A DNA stretch of 64,000 nt from Octopus vulgaris (taxonomy: Eukaryota), in contig OX597817.1 in NCBI GenBank assembly GCA_951406725.2, positions 101,680,001 through 101,744,000 of the forward strand, in the 5' to 3' direction. Both the position numbers and the translations under genes were made by a program. The notes below the pieces were generated by a model. The model was not told where the DNA came from. It ran no database searches and saw only the letters and a list, made by a program, of their open reading frames with translations. Position 1 is the first letter of the stretch. Every line of letters begins with the position of its first letter. Positions 12,330-27,100 of this stretch are shown piece by piece.

Positions 12330-13410
12330 ACCCATTGATATACATGTTCTCTGTCTGGGTGACAAATTTTCCTCGGCTGACCATCATGTATGAGCATTTA
12401 TCTTGCCCAAACTCTATTGCAATGTCTCATGAGGATGTTGTGATTAATCCTCAGTGTTTCTTAATGTCTTTGATATGGTTCATGTTTCCAGAATAAAATT
12501 TTCGATCATCCACAAAAAATGTATGGGTGACATTAATTATATTATTTTCTGCATATCCCATCATGTAGCCTTAGCATTTTGTTAACAGGGCTGAGAAAAG
12601 GTTCATTGCCCTGTACAAACAACATTACAGATAAACTATTACCCTGGAATGTGCCTGTTGATAGTTTGATTCTGTTTGTAACATTAGGTGTTGCCTTAGT
12701 AGTTGTCAGTGCTTTAGTAGTTGTCAGTGGACCGCTTTGTAGTCAGTCTTTCAATGGCATTCAGTATAGCAGCTGGTATTTTGGCAAGGTACAGTGATTC
12801 TATCATCCATGAGAGAGGCAGAGTGAAACGCCTTCTTATAGTCAAATCATACTGTCAAGAGACTGCGGCTATGTTGTTTAGCATTCTTATGAGGAGGTGC
12901 TACTCAGCACAACCCCAAACTCTTTTTTCCCGCTTGCCTATTCATCAGTTGTCAAACCATTTGTTTGCCAGTGGTCTTGGAAAAAGCCTATTCAGACAAC
13001 CAGCGTACAGTTTATATATAACATTCAAGCGCGCTTTTTGTTATATCTAGCTCAGTGCCCATTGAAATCGTAAGGATTTCCGTGTAGAACATGAGATTTT
13101 ACCCCCTTATGCAAAAATATTTGGGCTACTGAGCTAAGGCTTCCAGCAATAGCATCTCTTGTTATTTTGTGCCCTTGGCCTTTAAGTGATGCGTTTGAAA
13201 TTTGGCCCTTCTGAGGATCTAACCGACTCTCAGTTCCCTACATTTCGGGAGAGAATGCAACATCTTTGAGTTATATGCAGCTGATCATGATGAAGTTGCA
13301 TAGTGATGATTTGTATTGCTTTTGACAATACTGGTAGGTAGAGTAACTTCATTCACTGCACACAGAAATATAACACCATTGTTGTAATTCTTTCCAAACC
13401 ATGGTCTCTG
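12330..13410 (-). pseudogene. Decayed R4/Dong-type reverse transcriptase fragment
   Basis: Manual minus translation gives FDYKKAFHS, SWMIESL, GTFQGNSLS, THTFFVDDRKFY and IEFGQDKC, with stops and frameshifts. Confidence 0.85.
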
Positions 13411-13416
13411 TTCATT

Positions 13417-14682
13417 GGGCGTTCAATAAGTAATGCCCCTGACCCACTTCCCATAGCAGTAGAGCAACGACACTTGGCACAGTTATTAGTCTTTTCCTAC
13501 ATAGGAACTACCCAGAGTTATGCATTTCTCCCATCGTTTGATACAGCTCTGGAGACCGTTTTTGTAGAAGACCCCAGCTTGGTCCTCCAACCACGACGTG
13601 ACTTCAGAAATCAAGGCTGCATCATCTGGGAAACGCTTTCCTTTCAAAATCAACTTCATGCCTGGGAAGAGGTGAAAATCAGAGGGTGCAAGGGGAGGAG
13701 TTCATAGCTGCACGCCTATGCTTCTGATCTGGCGACACGCGAGTTGTGGACCGGAGCGTTATCCTGCAGGAGGAGGATGCCTTTGCTGATCTTGCCCCGT
13801 CTCTTGATTTTGATAGCTTCTCTTAATTTCCTCAAAAGTGAAGCATAATAGGCTCCTGTAATTGTGGTACCCTTTGCCAGGAAATCTGTCATCACTACTC
13901 CGTCCTGGTCCCAGAAGACTGTGAGCATAACCTTGTCAGCAGAGGGCTGCACCCTTGCCTTCTTTGGAGGACGTGAGTCACGGTGCTTTCACTGCATTGA
14001 CTGGGCTTTGGTCTATGGATCATAGTGATGGACCCAAGTTTTATCCTGTGTGATCAGTCTTTTGAAAAATTTTGACTCATCTTCTTGGCACATCTCCAAA
14101 TTCATCCTCGAGCACTCGACGCGTTCTTGCTTCTGGAAAGGTGTGAGCAACCTAGAAATCCATCTGGCAGACACCTTTTGCATATGCAAATGGTCATGAA
14201 TGATAGTTTCCACAGACCCGGTACTAATCTTGACCTTATCGGCTATTTGGCGAATAGTTATGCGTTGACCTTCCAAAATGGCAGCCTCAACTTGACGGAC
14301 AGACATCTCATCAACGGCAGAAGGGGGCGACCAGATCTGGGAGCTGTTTCCACAGAGTTCCGACTATGTTTGAATTTACAATGCCAGCGTTTTACAAGGT
14401 CATATGATGGGGCATCATCACCATAAGTTACTTTCATTTCATCAAAAGTCTCCCGTGGTGTGCGTCCTTTCAAATACAAAAACCAGATCACTGCTCGACA
14501 CTCAACAGGCTCCATTTCACACTTGACTCAGTTCAAACACCTGTAAATCAGAAACCACAATTAGTTCAGAGCTGTAATTCGCCACGTAATCTATAGAGGT
14601 ATAAATAAGTGCACATGCAAAATTTCAGCTAGATCAAACAACTGCAAGTGGGTCAGAGGCATTACTTATTGAACGCCCCTCG
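13417..14682 (-). mobile_element. Mariner (DD34D-type) transposon, copy 1, defective
   Basis: TIRs gggcgttcaataagtaatgcccctgacccactt / aagtgggtcagaggcattacttattgaacgcccctcg+TA. Transposase motifs WISRLL, ITQDKTW, LQDNAPVH. Frameshift, deletion of HPPYxPD, left TIR missing ~4 bp. Confidence 0.97.
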
Positions 14683-15042
14683 TAGATGAGCGGTTTGCTC
14701 ATTTCTCCCAACACTAATCTTGTAGTGTCGTACCATTATGTAAATTACTTCAGCTAAGAATAATTAGTTTCCATTTAACATAAAGGAGATAAGTGATTTG
14801 TGATCAAAATGAAGACAGACAAAACCATTCAACTGACTTTCCCTTTTAAGTACCGAAGCCATAAATTATATTTTCACAGTGAGACTATATATATGTTTAT
14901 TAAGCATACTGCATATGTATACTGGAGCGTCTTGTGGGACGACCTAGATGAGATGATATGTATACTGAAGTATACATACATTATGCTTATATACATACAT
15001 ACTTATATCATATATATATGAATGTATATATATTTATATATA

Positions 15043-15120
<78 letters not shown>

Positions 15121-15121
<1 letters not shown>

Positions 15122-17427
15122 TAGATGTGCCCACCGTGACCCGTTGGGTTACAACCACTCCAAGTTGAAAATGCTGGTGCGCAGCGGGAAAGGAAAAATT
15201 ACTAATTCGAACTTTATGCAATAAAATTCTTAAATAATACAGTCCTCCTGCCCTTGGTCTGACATCATAAACACGGCCAATTGTTTCTGCTTTGAAAACG
15301 TTCAAATGATCTTCCTCAATTTCTCCTTTACCATTCTTACTTACTTCTGTTCCAAATGAAATACATGGGTACTCCAGCATAAAGTAATATTTTTGCAAAT
15401 TCTCTCAATGTTGTTCTTATATCTCATATCCTCATAATTTCTGAGCAATACTCTCTGTTCATCTGATAGATGAACTTGCAGTTTCACTATTGCAGTTGTT
15501 CTTTCATGAATTGAAAATCCTAAAATGGATGCAACTACTTCAGATGGTCCAATATACATCCCCCATTAAATATTGACTAATTTCGTTATTGTTTATTTCA
15601 ACAGCAGCTTGGTCATTTCTTTTCAGCATGTACTTGATGACGTACTTAATTGTCCTCACAGAGGCAATGATTTCAACGTTGTAGTGGCATTTGAATGTTC
15701 TTAAAAGAGTTTCATTATAAGGTACAACCCATTTGTTATTGTTTGCTGTTCCATTCTTATTTCAAAACATACCTAAAATTTCCATTTCTTTGGATGATTC
15801 TAAGACCCCCTAATGGGATCTTAACCCCCAAATTTTAGTAATTTTAGTAATTTTCATGGACAAAAATTACTGAATGGATCCTTATGATATTTGGGACTTA
15901 GATTCAATGCATAAGGGCGGGTATAATGCAGTATGTTTAGTTTGAATTCGAAGGGGCTTGAATGGGGAAGAACCACCCCCATGAAAATTCATAAATTTCC
16001 CATGTTGATGAAATTTCAACCATAGGTAATTGACACAAATCAAGAAGTATTCCCAAAGTTTCCGCTTCTCATGAGGATTCTAAGTCCCCTAATGGGGGCC
16101 TTAACTCCAAAATTTTAGTCCTTTTTTATGATCCAAAACAAGGTCAAAAGTACTGAATGGATCTTTATGAAATTTGGAAATTATATTCTACGCATAAGGG
16201 CGGATGTAATGCAGTATATGTTTGAAAGTGAGGGGGCATAAATGAGGCCACAATTCCCTTGAAAATTCATTTATTTTTGCTGTTAATGAAATTTTAACCA
16301 TAGATATTAGATACAAGTGAAGTAATATTCCTAAAATTTCAACTTCTTAATAGTTTAGTAAGACCCTTCAATGGGGGCTTAACCCCCACAATTTAGTCAT
16401 TTTTTCCTAAGCCAAGACGAATACAATTGTAGTCTGTAGAGTCACCCGAGGATACAAGATGAGCGTTATTTGTAATTCAACGGTACAACAGTGTAAGAGT
16501 TTGCTTTGAGATATACTGAGATTGTGATTTCTGCAATGTGCTGCATAAATTGTCAGTAAAGGACACTGATTCAATTGCGAGGTGTTATTTTGAGTAAAGT
16601 TATTTGGTTGCAGACTTCCTTTTGGGTCTTTTTATTATCACTGGGTCAGAGATAGTCTCCAGATGGTAACATTGATTTCAAGGCCTTTCCAGATAAGTGA
16701 TTGGTCAGTCAAAGAGATTTATCTATCTTGTTCAGTTACGTATCGGCATAGTGACCATTGGCAAACTTCAGAGGTAACACATTCATCTCTCCTTAACCCT
16801 CACGTCACACAGTTATTAATGTTTATTTGAGTTGGGTCACACCTTTCTAATTGCTATAGATTCGTAATGTATCTTACGGCTGTGCCGGTCACCTGTATGG
16901 TGAGGAATCCTACATTGGGGAGTGGTAACGACTAGGGTAGGGTAGCTGACTGCTTATTGTGATAATTTTGGTTTCCTCTAGCTTTACTCTCTTTTACAAA
17001 CCCAGTGAACATTCATATATTTCCGATTTCAAAAAAATTTGAACAATAGATATAAGACACAAGTTTAAAAAGATTCTCAACAATACAACTTCTCTGGTTG
17101 ACTTAAAGACCCCTCTAATAGGGGCCTTAACTCCCACATTTTAGAGCTCTATGTGCTCCATTTTTCAGGAGCAAAAGCCTTTGAATGGGTTTTATAAGAT
17201 TTGGATTTTGGAATCTGGGCATAAAGATGAGTAGCATGGATAAATATGTCATGATTTGAATTTTTCTTAGGGTGGGTACAGAAGGAAAGAAACGCCATTA
17301 AAATTTTTAATCTCCAATTTTGATTAAATTCGAATCATAGGTATTCTAGTTCATAAGAGAAAATATAAAAGAAATGTCTAATTCTTCAATTCCATGGGAT
17401 ACGGGCAACGCCGGATATCTCTGGTAG
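15121..17427. mobile_element. Helitron composite: Rep-region remnant (-), ~280-bp subrepeats, 3'-type termini at both ends
   Basis: CTAG plus hairpin at 15121-15148 (-). Minus peptides IGRVYDVRP..YYLRILL, YIGPSE..GFSIHER..LQVHL, NKWVVPYN..FKCHYNVE. Plus-strand acgggcaacgccggatatctctgGTAG|T at 17401-17428. Confidence 0.85.
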
Positions 17428-17499
17428 TATTTAATAATAAATAAATTATTTAAATGTCTGCATTAATGCAAAATGTCATTTTTGCATTCATAAGATATA

Positions 17500-17915
17500 G
17501 ACGCGGCTGTGCCATTGAGAAGATTGTTTCCCATTCCTGGGTTAAGTCTCGCTGTGTAGCACCTTGGGCAAGTATCTTCTACTATAGCCTCGGACCGATC
17601 AAAACCTTGTAAGTAGATTTGGTAGACGGAAACAGCTCGTCGTTTATATTTGTGTGAGTGTATGTGTGTGTGTTTGTGTGTGTGTTCGCGCGCGTGCGTG
17701 TGTGTACCTACGTATCTGTGTTTATCCCCCACCGCTTGACAACCGGAGTTGGTACGTTTACATCCTCGTAACATCAATTCGGCAAAAGTGACCGATAGAG
17801 TAAGTACCAGAATTTTACAAGATAAGTGCTCGGATCGATTTATTCAACTAAATCTTTCGATGTGGTGCCCTCGTTTGACCGATGCTCAATGACTAAAATA
17901 AGCAAAAGATAAAAG
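17500..17915 (+). mobile_element. SINE family B (internal GT microsatellite)
   Basis: caccttgggcaagtatcttctactatagcctcgg...gatttggtagacggaaa...cgcttgacaacc...ttcggcaaaa. Homologous to 40690-41140, 23226-23355 and 29640-29795. Confidence 0.85.
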
Positions 17916-17983
17916 AAATTCCTTCAAATATTTTGATGCAGAATCAAGGATATAGTTAAGGGCAATAGAAAGTGTTTTGAATT

Positions 17984-19260
17984 CTACTCGTAAAGAGTTG
18001 GATAACGACTAACGTTTAATTGATGCTGGTCCAAAGTATTCAAACCTACACAGCGGTCAAACAAATCGTAAATAAATGCTTTGAGTGATTTAGGGATTTT
18101 CAATTGCCTTTTGTTAATTCCAGTCAGAATAGCATTGCAATAATCCAGATTATAGAGGCAATTAATCAAATCTTTTACATTGCCTCCACCCAGGAATTTC
18201 TTGATCTTCTATTATAGCCTGTACAGATGAAATAGATATTTCCAATGTTTTTTTTTTCCTGCTATCATTATCAAACTTTGGTGCCTATTGAATGTCACTC
18301 CTAAATATATTGCTTTCGATATAAAATAGATATCAAAATATATTTACACTGTTATTATGACTCAAAACAGTTCAGAGTACTTCGATTTTATTTGTGCCTG
18401 ATTTCAATTTCTTTATTGTGAACAATTAAAAATGTTATCCAAAGTAGTTGACAATATCAAAGCGTACTTATTCCAGTCGTAAATATAGAAAGGTATATAT
18501 AAGACACTATCATTTGCGTTAAGCTGGTGTTTCAACCTGTAACTGACAAGAATATTTGGTAATTGAATTATGTATAATGTGTACAGTAGAGGACCGAATA
18601 CTGAATCTTGTTGTACATCGCAGTCAATTTGCATGTTTTCCATTTGTACCATCGATAAGTACAACCTAGCGTCTTCTGATGAGATAAGAACAGAACCAAC
18701 GAATTAATTTAGCATGATTGAGCATGATGTATATGGAGATCAATGCTGGATTTAAAGAAAATTTCAGCTGTTACAGTTTTGTTTTCAAAACTGTTATATT
18801 AGATCAACATTATTCATGTTCATGTTTAACTTTTTTATATCCGCTAGACATTTAGGTTTCATTTGGGACAATAACATTTCTAAATGGCAAGATGCTTGTT
18901 CAATATCATTATATAGTTTAATAAGTGCCATTTCCGTCAGGAAATCAGTCCTATATGCTGACTGATATGGCAGTAGATGCAAGTTTGCAAATAATTCAGC
19001 ATACGTCTTTCTGTCAGCATTTCAATAATTTTTGGCAATAAAAAGTAGACTAGATAATGGGCGATAATTCTTCCATATTTTTAAATACAGACTTGCCTTT
19101 TTATGAAGAGGAGTAATTAATATACATGTTAGAGAGACTGGTAAATATGTGTCGATATCGGTAAATTTGCTAATTTGTGTGTATCTAATAATAAATAATT
19201 TTCACAATGGCAAAGGGTCTAGTGTACTGAATTTTGAGCCGACAGATTTTATTTCTTGTT
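17984..19260 (-). pseudogene. Decayed L2/CR1-group LINE reverse transcriptase
   Basis: YQSAYR..TEMALIKLYNDI; DVQQDSVFGPLLYTLY..HQLNANDSVLY (decayed GVPQGS and YADD motifs); LDYCNAILTG. Confidence 0.8.
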
Positions 19261-19539
19261 TCAGTTTTGAAAGTTGTACAAACAAGAATTCATTTGTTAT
19301 ATCGACACATTGATTGCAAGGATTTTCAACTTAAAATAGTTTCAGAATAAATTAGCACAATCCACTGAATTATCATTCGAAAATGGATTACTGAATTTCG
19401 TTATTATAGAATACGTTTAGAATTCCATGTTGAGGCTGGATTCTACACACAGAATATACTTTCTGACACTTCAACTGTATGGTTACGTATATACATACAT
19501 ACATACATACATACATACATACATACATACATACATACA

Positions 19540-19575
<36 letters not shown>

Positions 19576-20668
19576 TATAATTTGGCAAAACAATTTTCCA
19601 AATCAATCAAGTGTAACTCTACAGCGTTATATGCATCTACATTGACGTCTTATTTATCGTATATTTATATATTTATCTATAAATATACAAAATGATAAAA
19701 GTCAATATTCACTTTTTGGGGATTAATCGATATACGGGTACTCTATTTCAGATAATACAAAAATAACCTAATGAGTATATCTTATAGTAAACCCATGGTA
19801 TCAGTTTGCACATCACGAAATAATACTTAAAAGATATAACCAAAATTTCCAGCTGGATATATAATGTACTTCAATAATTATATCATACTTTAGTTATCAC
19901 TTATATTTATTAAATATGGAAGAACTACGCGTGTTTAAGTATTGGAAGATTATAATATATATATACATATACACAACTGTATACCCATATATAAACATAT
20001 ATAAATACATATATACATATATGTAATTGTCAGATTTACAATTATTTCAACACATCTTCGGGTTCTATTTCAAAATATTATTTATCTGACTTTACATCCC
20101 TTCAAAAAATAAGCAATAAAATTAAGCATTAAAGATTAAAAATTACTAATTAAAAATTAAGAATAAAAATTATACTTTTTAATATTAAGAATTAAAATTT
20201 ATAAATCATACATTATAAATATGAATTAATATATATATCAATCATGTATAATCAAGTATATGTCAAATACAGAATGTGAGATATAAGATTAAACATCAGA
20301 ATAAAAATGTCTGTGCTTAAATGTGATATATAACGAGAAAAATTGAAATACATATCCTCCCTTTTCTGCTAGTACTAAAATAGTGATTTGAGGAAGAAAA
20401 TAGCAGTGAACTATGGGTATTTAGTACCAAGGTGGTTAATTACACTATACATACTTTAATTTTAAATTATCCTTTATTATTATTTTCAATTTTACCTATA
20501 TTGGGAAGTATATTTAATTTATTATTATATCATTTTACTAATATTTAATTCATATATTTATTTTATTTAAATTATTGCATTATTTATTTATTTTTTATTT
20601 ATTTATATAGTCTATTCAAGTGCTTTAGAAATAAAATTATGTGGTTACTTGATTCAGGGGTACTGGGA

Positions 20669-22090
20669 TCAGTACTTCATTTTACAAAATGTAAAATTAC
20701 TTCCGTGCCTACATTTAACTCCTCGCTCATCATGTGTGTTTAGCAATTTATCTCTAGACTTTAGTAGTTTCGTAAATTCAGTTATGCATAGTAAACACAT
20801 ATTATTCCCAATATTATAGGAGTTGGCTCTACCTATAATACTCCAATTAAGAGTGTACTCTCTTTTTCTAGATTTTAATTCCCACATATATTTACTTAAG
20901 CCTGTAGACTTACTTAAATTGGGATTTTTAAAGGTCTGGTAGTGTTGGCATATTCGTTTTTTAATTTCATTAGCTGTTGATCCAATATAAGCCTTATTTA
21001 TAATTTTACCCTTATTGTTTTTAGAGCTAACTATACATTTATAAATTACCTTATCTATATTACAATTATTAGAAATCTTACATTTAGTCTTATCACGACA
21101 TGAACATTCTTCTATATGTTGATTAAGTTTTATATACTATCGGTTATATTATGGCTAGAGCTATTAATTATTATGCTATTATAATAATTATTTAATTTCT
21201 TAGAAGAAATGATGTTGCCTACATTTCTCGATGTTGAGTATCCCACTCTTATGGTTTTTATTAGTCCTAACTTGATTCCCATACGGAATAATTAGCCATA
21301 TAATATCTTTTTTATTTTTTTAATTTTTATTTTTTATCATTATTCGTAGATATCATCGGTATTAATTTATTATTCTTAGGTATACTATATCTCTTTATGT
21401 ATTTATGTTTCTTACTATTGCTCATATTCTTATTATCGTTATTAATATTATTACTATAATCATTATTAACAACTATATTATTTTTATTTTCATTTTCTTT
21501 GTTATATTGTCTTTTATTATTAGTATTCATATTTTTACTGTTAGATTTATTATTAGTATTATTAGGAGTACTTGTTATATTATTATTATTATTAATGTGT
21601 TCATAATAATTAAAGAATTTTATATTAGAGTTATATCCTGCTTCTTTTAATGCTTTATTATAATATGGGGCATGTTTATTAAAAGTATCATAATCTGAGG
21701 ATAACATGGATATTCTTTTACCTATATTATTTATTAAAGCTTCTTTAACTGATTTTGGATGGGTTACTTAAAGAACTAATATACTTTAGGTTTTCATTTA
21801 ACTTATGATATGGATGGATCTTATTAGTGACTAGATTAAGGTTGACGTCTAGGTAATTAACTGCATAATGCTCATTCTCTATAGAAATACCTAGGCCATT
21901 ATTCTTAAAGAACTTGTACATTTTCTTCTTAAGGCATTCTAATGACCTATTAGTACAATTCCTAATTATTAGTAGTAGGTCGTCCCTATAAAGACCAACC
22001 TCTATATTCGTGAATTCTATTTCTAGTTCAGATAAGCGGTATAAACCTACAAGATCGGTAACCTCAGCTGAAAACCGGGTTGCCCATGGG
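20669..22090 (-). mobile_element. Naiad-type Penelope-like element: RT C-terminal half, Asn-rich linker, GIY-YIG
   Basis: Minus: [33 protein letters not shown]; CSCRDKTKCKISNNC; VIYKCIV..AYIGST; WELK..WSII..CLLCITE..KCRH. Truncated at (GATA)n. Confidence 0.92.
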
Positions 22091-22094
22091 TATA

Positions 22095-22122
22095 TAGATA
22101 GATAGACAGATAGATAGATAGT

Positions 22123-22220
<98 letters not shown>

Positions 22221-22444
22221 TGTGTGTATTTATGTATGTATAGTTTTATAGACATAAATAAAACATCTTACCCTGGATAAAACATCTTACCCTGTCATCA
22301 GAATTTCGAGATCAGCGTCATCGCCATTTAAGCCGCCTATTCAAACATTAGCTTCTAAGATTTTTACAGATATTCTACAGTATATCAAGTTTATTAAGTA
22401 CGTAATCTTGGGGAGCTGACAGTTGATTTAGAAATTGTAGAATT

Positions 22445-22528
<84 letters not shown>

Positions 22529-22573
22529 GCGTGTGTGCGTGTGCGTGTGCGTGTGCGTGTGTGTGTGTGTGTG
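22095..22573. repeat. (GATA)n at 22095-22220 and (GT)n/(GCGTGT)n at 22448-22573
   Basis: Direct reading. Confidence 0.97.
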
Positions 22574-22961
22574 CAAGATCTTCCTACAGAGGAGACAAGT
22601 AATGTGATGCGTAATGTCTTTCATCGGTGAAAAGAAATTACTTAGATTTCTATTCTGAAATGTGAATGAAATGGCGATCATTCGTTAAAGAATCCTGAAC
22701 CAAATTCAAAAACTATATATATATATAAATATATATATAGATATAGATTTTGTAAAAGGTTTGCAAGATTCCTTAGGTGAATTCGTCGGAGACGGCCTTC
22801 GGAGACAGATAAATCACTGAAAAGTTTGCGAATGGCGTCGAAAGAAATTTGAGAAAATAAAAATTAAAACAAAAAACAAAAACAAAAACAAAACGTGAAA
22901 TGTTTGGATAGATATTTGACCAATTAACTAATAATAAAGAATGTGTGTGTGTGTCTATATA

Positions 22962-23005
<44 letters not shown>

Positions 23006-23353
23006 GCATACATACATATATATATATATATATATACTATAACACACACTCACCATATATATATACGTATATACGTACATACATACGTACATACATGCAT
23101 AAAAAAAGACATATATCTATATATTAACGTTTATGTCTGTAGATAATTCTTTGGCATATGATTTATGCCCCTACATTGAACTATTCATTTCATGAGTACT
23201 GGTTTATTTACATTCTTGTACAGATGTTCGGCAGCAAAGTGACCGATAAGATAAGTACCAGGAAATTTAGATATTTGGGTCCATTTGTTGGACTAAGTCC
23301 TTCAAGGTGGCATGCCAGCTTGGCTGCAGTCAAATGACTAAAACAAGTAAAAG

Positions 23354-23400
<47 letters not shown>

Positions 23401-23495
23401 GTATGTATATATATACATACATACACGCGCGCATACATACATACATACATACGCACGCACATGCACATACACATACACGCACATACACAAATATA

Positions 23496-23536
<41 letters not shown>

Positions 23537-23559
23537 GTATATATATATACATATATGTG

Positions 23560-23612
<53 letters not shown>

Positions 23613-24149
23613 TGTATGTATATTTGTTTATCTATGCATAGATATGTGTATATGTATATGTATACATTGAGTATATATAACATATGGTCGGAGTTTTATA
23701 TACTTTATTAAATTTTGTAGATAATTATTCATGTATTAACTTACAATTGTATTGATTATTGTAAGAACTCTTTGTTGATGAATAATATCTAAAAGTTAAT
23801 TTAAGGATATACATTGTAAATACAAGTGATTAACACGGTTTATTTACTTAATAATTGGATCTTCTATTAACTAACAGTAAATGAAGCGTAGAAATTCAAA
23901 TGTGTTAACCAATTAGAAATAGCTTATGATTTAAAATAATCGCTCCTTAACCCCCAATAATTTTGAAACTCTAAAATATTAATATATACCATATAACATA
24001 GCTATTATAGCTTATCTACCATCCATAATCAAATGCTTTATTTTTTGAAAATACATCAGGAAAATGTAGATAGAAGCCACACGACAATGCCAAATAATAT
24101 AAACACTCAGATAGTAAAACACGAAGACAATCGTAAAATTTCCAACAAA

Positions 24150-27100
24150 AACGATGTAAATAAAAAGCAACAAACCCAGACCTTAAGGATGCATAATAGT
24201 ACATGACAAACAGCAAGCCAAAACACGACAAAGAAACATACGAATGAGAAAGAAAGTGACACAAATCTAAAACCTGGAAACAACGAAGGGGAGCCTAATG
24301 ATTATGATACTATAAAAAGTAGAATAATCAAAGAACTGAAAACCACAGAGCTCAAAATGGACCACCGACCAAAACTCAAAATAGACAAAACAACAACATC
24401 AATTATAAACAGCATAAACCTAGCCGTCACGGAACTAATAGCTACTGAAATAAAAAGCGATATCACTGACCTAAATGACTTAGTATACGCAGCAGCCACT
24501 GCAGCCACAAAAGAAGCAGGATACTCACTCAAACCCATCCAAACAGGAGTACCCCCACCCAAACAAACCCTGTGGATAAATAACATACAAAACAAAATAC
24601 AAAAAATGAGAAAAGACCTGTCGATTCTTAATGAAATCAGTAGACAATCAACGCTACTGAGCAACAAAAAGAAAACAAAAATACTCCGCAAATACAACAT
24701 CACAGAAAAAGACTTACCTGAGATAAAAGAAAAGCTAAAGCTAGATATCTTTGCCAAAGCACAAAGGATCCGCCGGTACGAGAAACGCCAACGTTTCTTT
24801 GAACAAAACAAACAGTTCAACTCCAACCCCAAAAAGTTCTACCAAGAACTTGGCAAAAATAAAATAGAAATCACTGCAGCACCAACGGCAGAAGAAGTGG
24901 AAAAATTCTGGAGAGAAATATGGTCGGCGAACGAACAACCAAAAACAAGGAGTATTAAAACAACAAACTCAGTATCTGAGCAACTTTAGACCCCCATAAC
25001 AACTGAAGAGGTTACCCAGGCACTGCAAAGACTAAGCAACTGGAAGGCACCTGGGCATGACAAGATCCCCAACTTCTGGTTGAAATATCTAACAGGAATG
25101 CACAAAAAGCTGGCTGAAAATTTTAACAACATACTGGCAGAGCCAGAGACAATACCTTAATGGCTCACGAAGGGGAAAACCATCTTAATTCCCAAATCAA
25201 ATGAGACAGCAAAACCAGAAAACTACAGACCTATAACCTGTCTCCCTACAATGTACAAAGCATTTACTGCAGTAATATCCCAAAGATTGAACAAGCACCT
25301 GGACGAAAACAACCCGTTTCCAGAAGAGCAGAAATGATGCTGCAAAGGCTCATATGGCTGTAAAGATCAACTAATGATCAATAAAGCCATAACTGAAGAC
25401 AGCCACAGAAAGAAGAAAGGCCTCAGTATTACATGGATCGACTACAAAAAGGCGTTTGATAGCATCCCCCACACATGGATCCTCGAAACACTAGCCATTA
25501 ACAAAGTTACACCAACAATTATAAAATACATAGGACACTCTATGAATGAACGGCAGACAGTGCTACAGCGCCAAACAAAAGAGGGACTTGAGAAAACCAA
25601 AGCCATCCCCATTAGAAGAGGAATATTCCAGGGAGATACGCTCTCTCCACTCCTTTTCTGCTTGGCACTGTCACCTCTATCGGATATACTAAACAGAACT
25701 GGATGCGGATATAAATGTTACGGCAAAACGATCAGCCACCTTTTATATATGGATGACCTAAAATTATACGCTACAAATGACAAACAGCTGGAAACACTAC
25801 TAAAGACAGTTCATGGATTTACCAAAGAAATAGATACGAAATTTGGATTAGAGAAATGCGCTAAAATAACCCTGAACATAGGAAAACTAGATAAAACCAA
25901 TGAAATAAAAGAATTAGACCAAAGCCAAACTTACAAATACTTAGGAATCCATGAACTAGATAAGACACGAAACACAAACGAAAGAGAAAATAAAAAAAGA
26001 ATATTATAGACGAGTTAGATCAATACTGAAAACAGCTCAATGCTAAAAACAAGCTAATAGGTATCAACACTTTAGCCGTCCCAGTTATAAGTTACAGCTA
26101 CAATATCCTTAACTGGACACTAAATGAACTGGCCAAAATAGATAGGAAAATAAGAAAAATAATGACGGGATCTAGGATGCATCACCCAATATCTGACATA
26201 GAAAGGCTATATATACAACGTATAGAAGGTGATAGAGGCCTTATACAGCTGGAAAACTACTATAAAATAACCACCATAGGACTGCAAACATATCTACTTC
26301 AGAAGGAAGGAAAACTGATACATATAGCGACAAAACACGAGCAAAACAAAAAACTGTTCTCAGTATTTAAGGAAGCTGACAAATACAAACAAGAAATCAT
26401 ACCACCTAACAAATATGAAGAAGAAGAAGATGAAGAAACAACAAAAACTATAAAACAAATGAAATCCAAACTAAAAATAGAACAGCCAAGAACCATGATA
26501 AAACGATGGCAAGAAAAGCCCCTTCATGGTAAATACTGGACTAAACTAAATGCAAAGGAAATAAACAAAGAAAAATCCCAGCAATGGTTGAGAAGTTCAG
26601 GACTCAAAGCAGAGACAGAGGGATTTTTAATTGCAGCACAAGACCAAAGCCTCCCCACCAGAAATTACCAAAAACATGTAATGAAAAGAAATATAACAAG
26701 TAACTGCAGAATATGTGGAGATGGACAAGAAACAATAAATCATATTATCTCTAGCTGCCCAGTCCTGGCTAAGAAGGAATATATTCACAGACATGACAGA
26801 GTTGGAACCTACATACATTGGAAGCTATGCCAACATTATGGAATAACAACACAAAAAGATGGTATAGGCACACACCAGAAAAGGTTACAGAAAACGAGAA
26901 AGCAACCATACTCTGGGATATTCCAATACACACAGATAGAGAAATTAAGGCCAACAGACCAGATATAGTTGTCAGAGATCATGTAGAAAAAAATGTTTTC
27001 TAATTGATGTATCAATACCAGCGGATGACAACGTGTCTCTAAAAGAAATGGAGAAACTTTCAAAATACAAAGACCTGGAAATAGAGGTAACCAGAATGTG

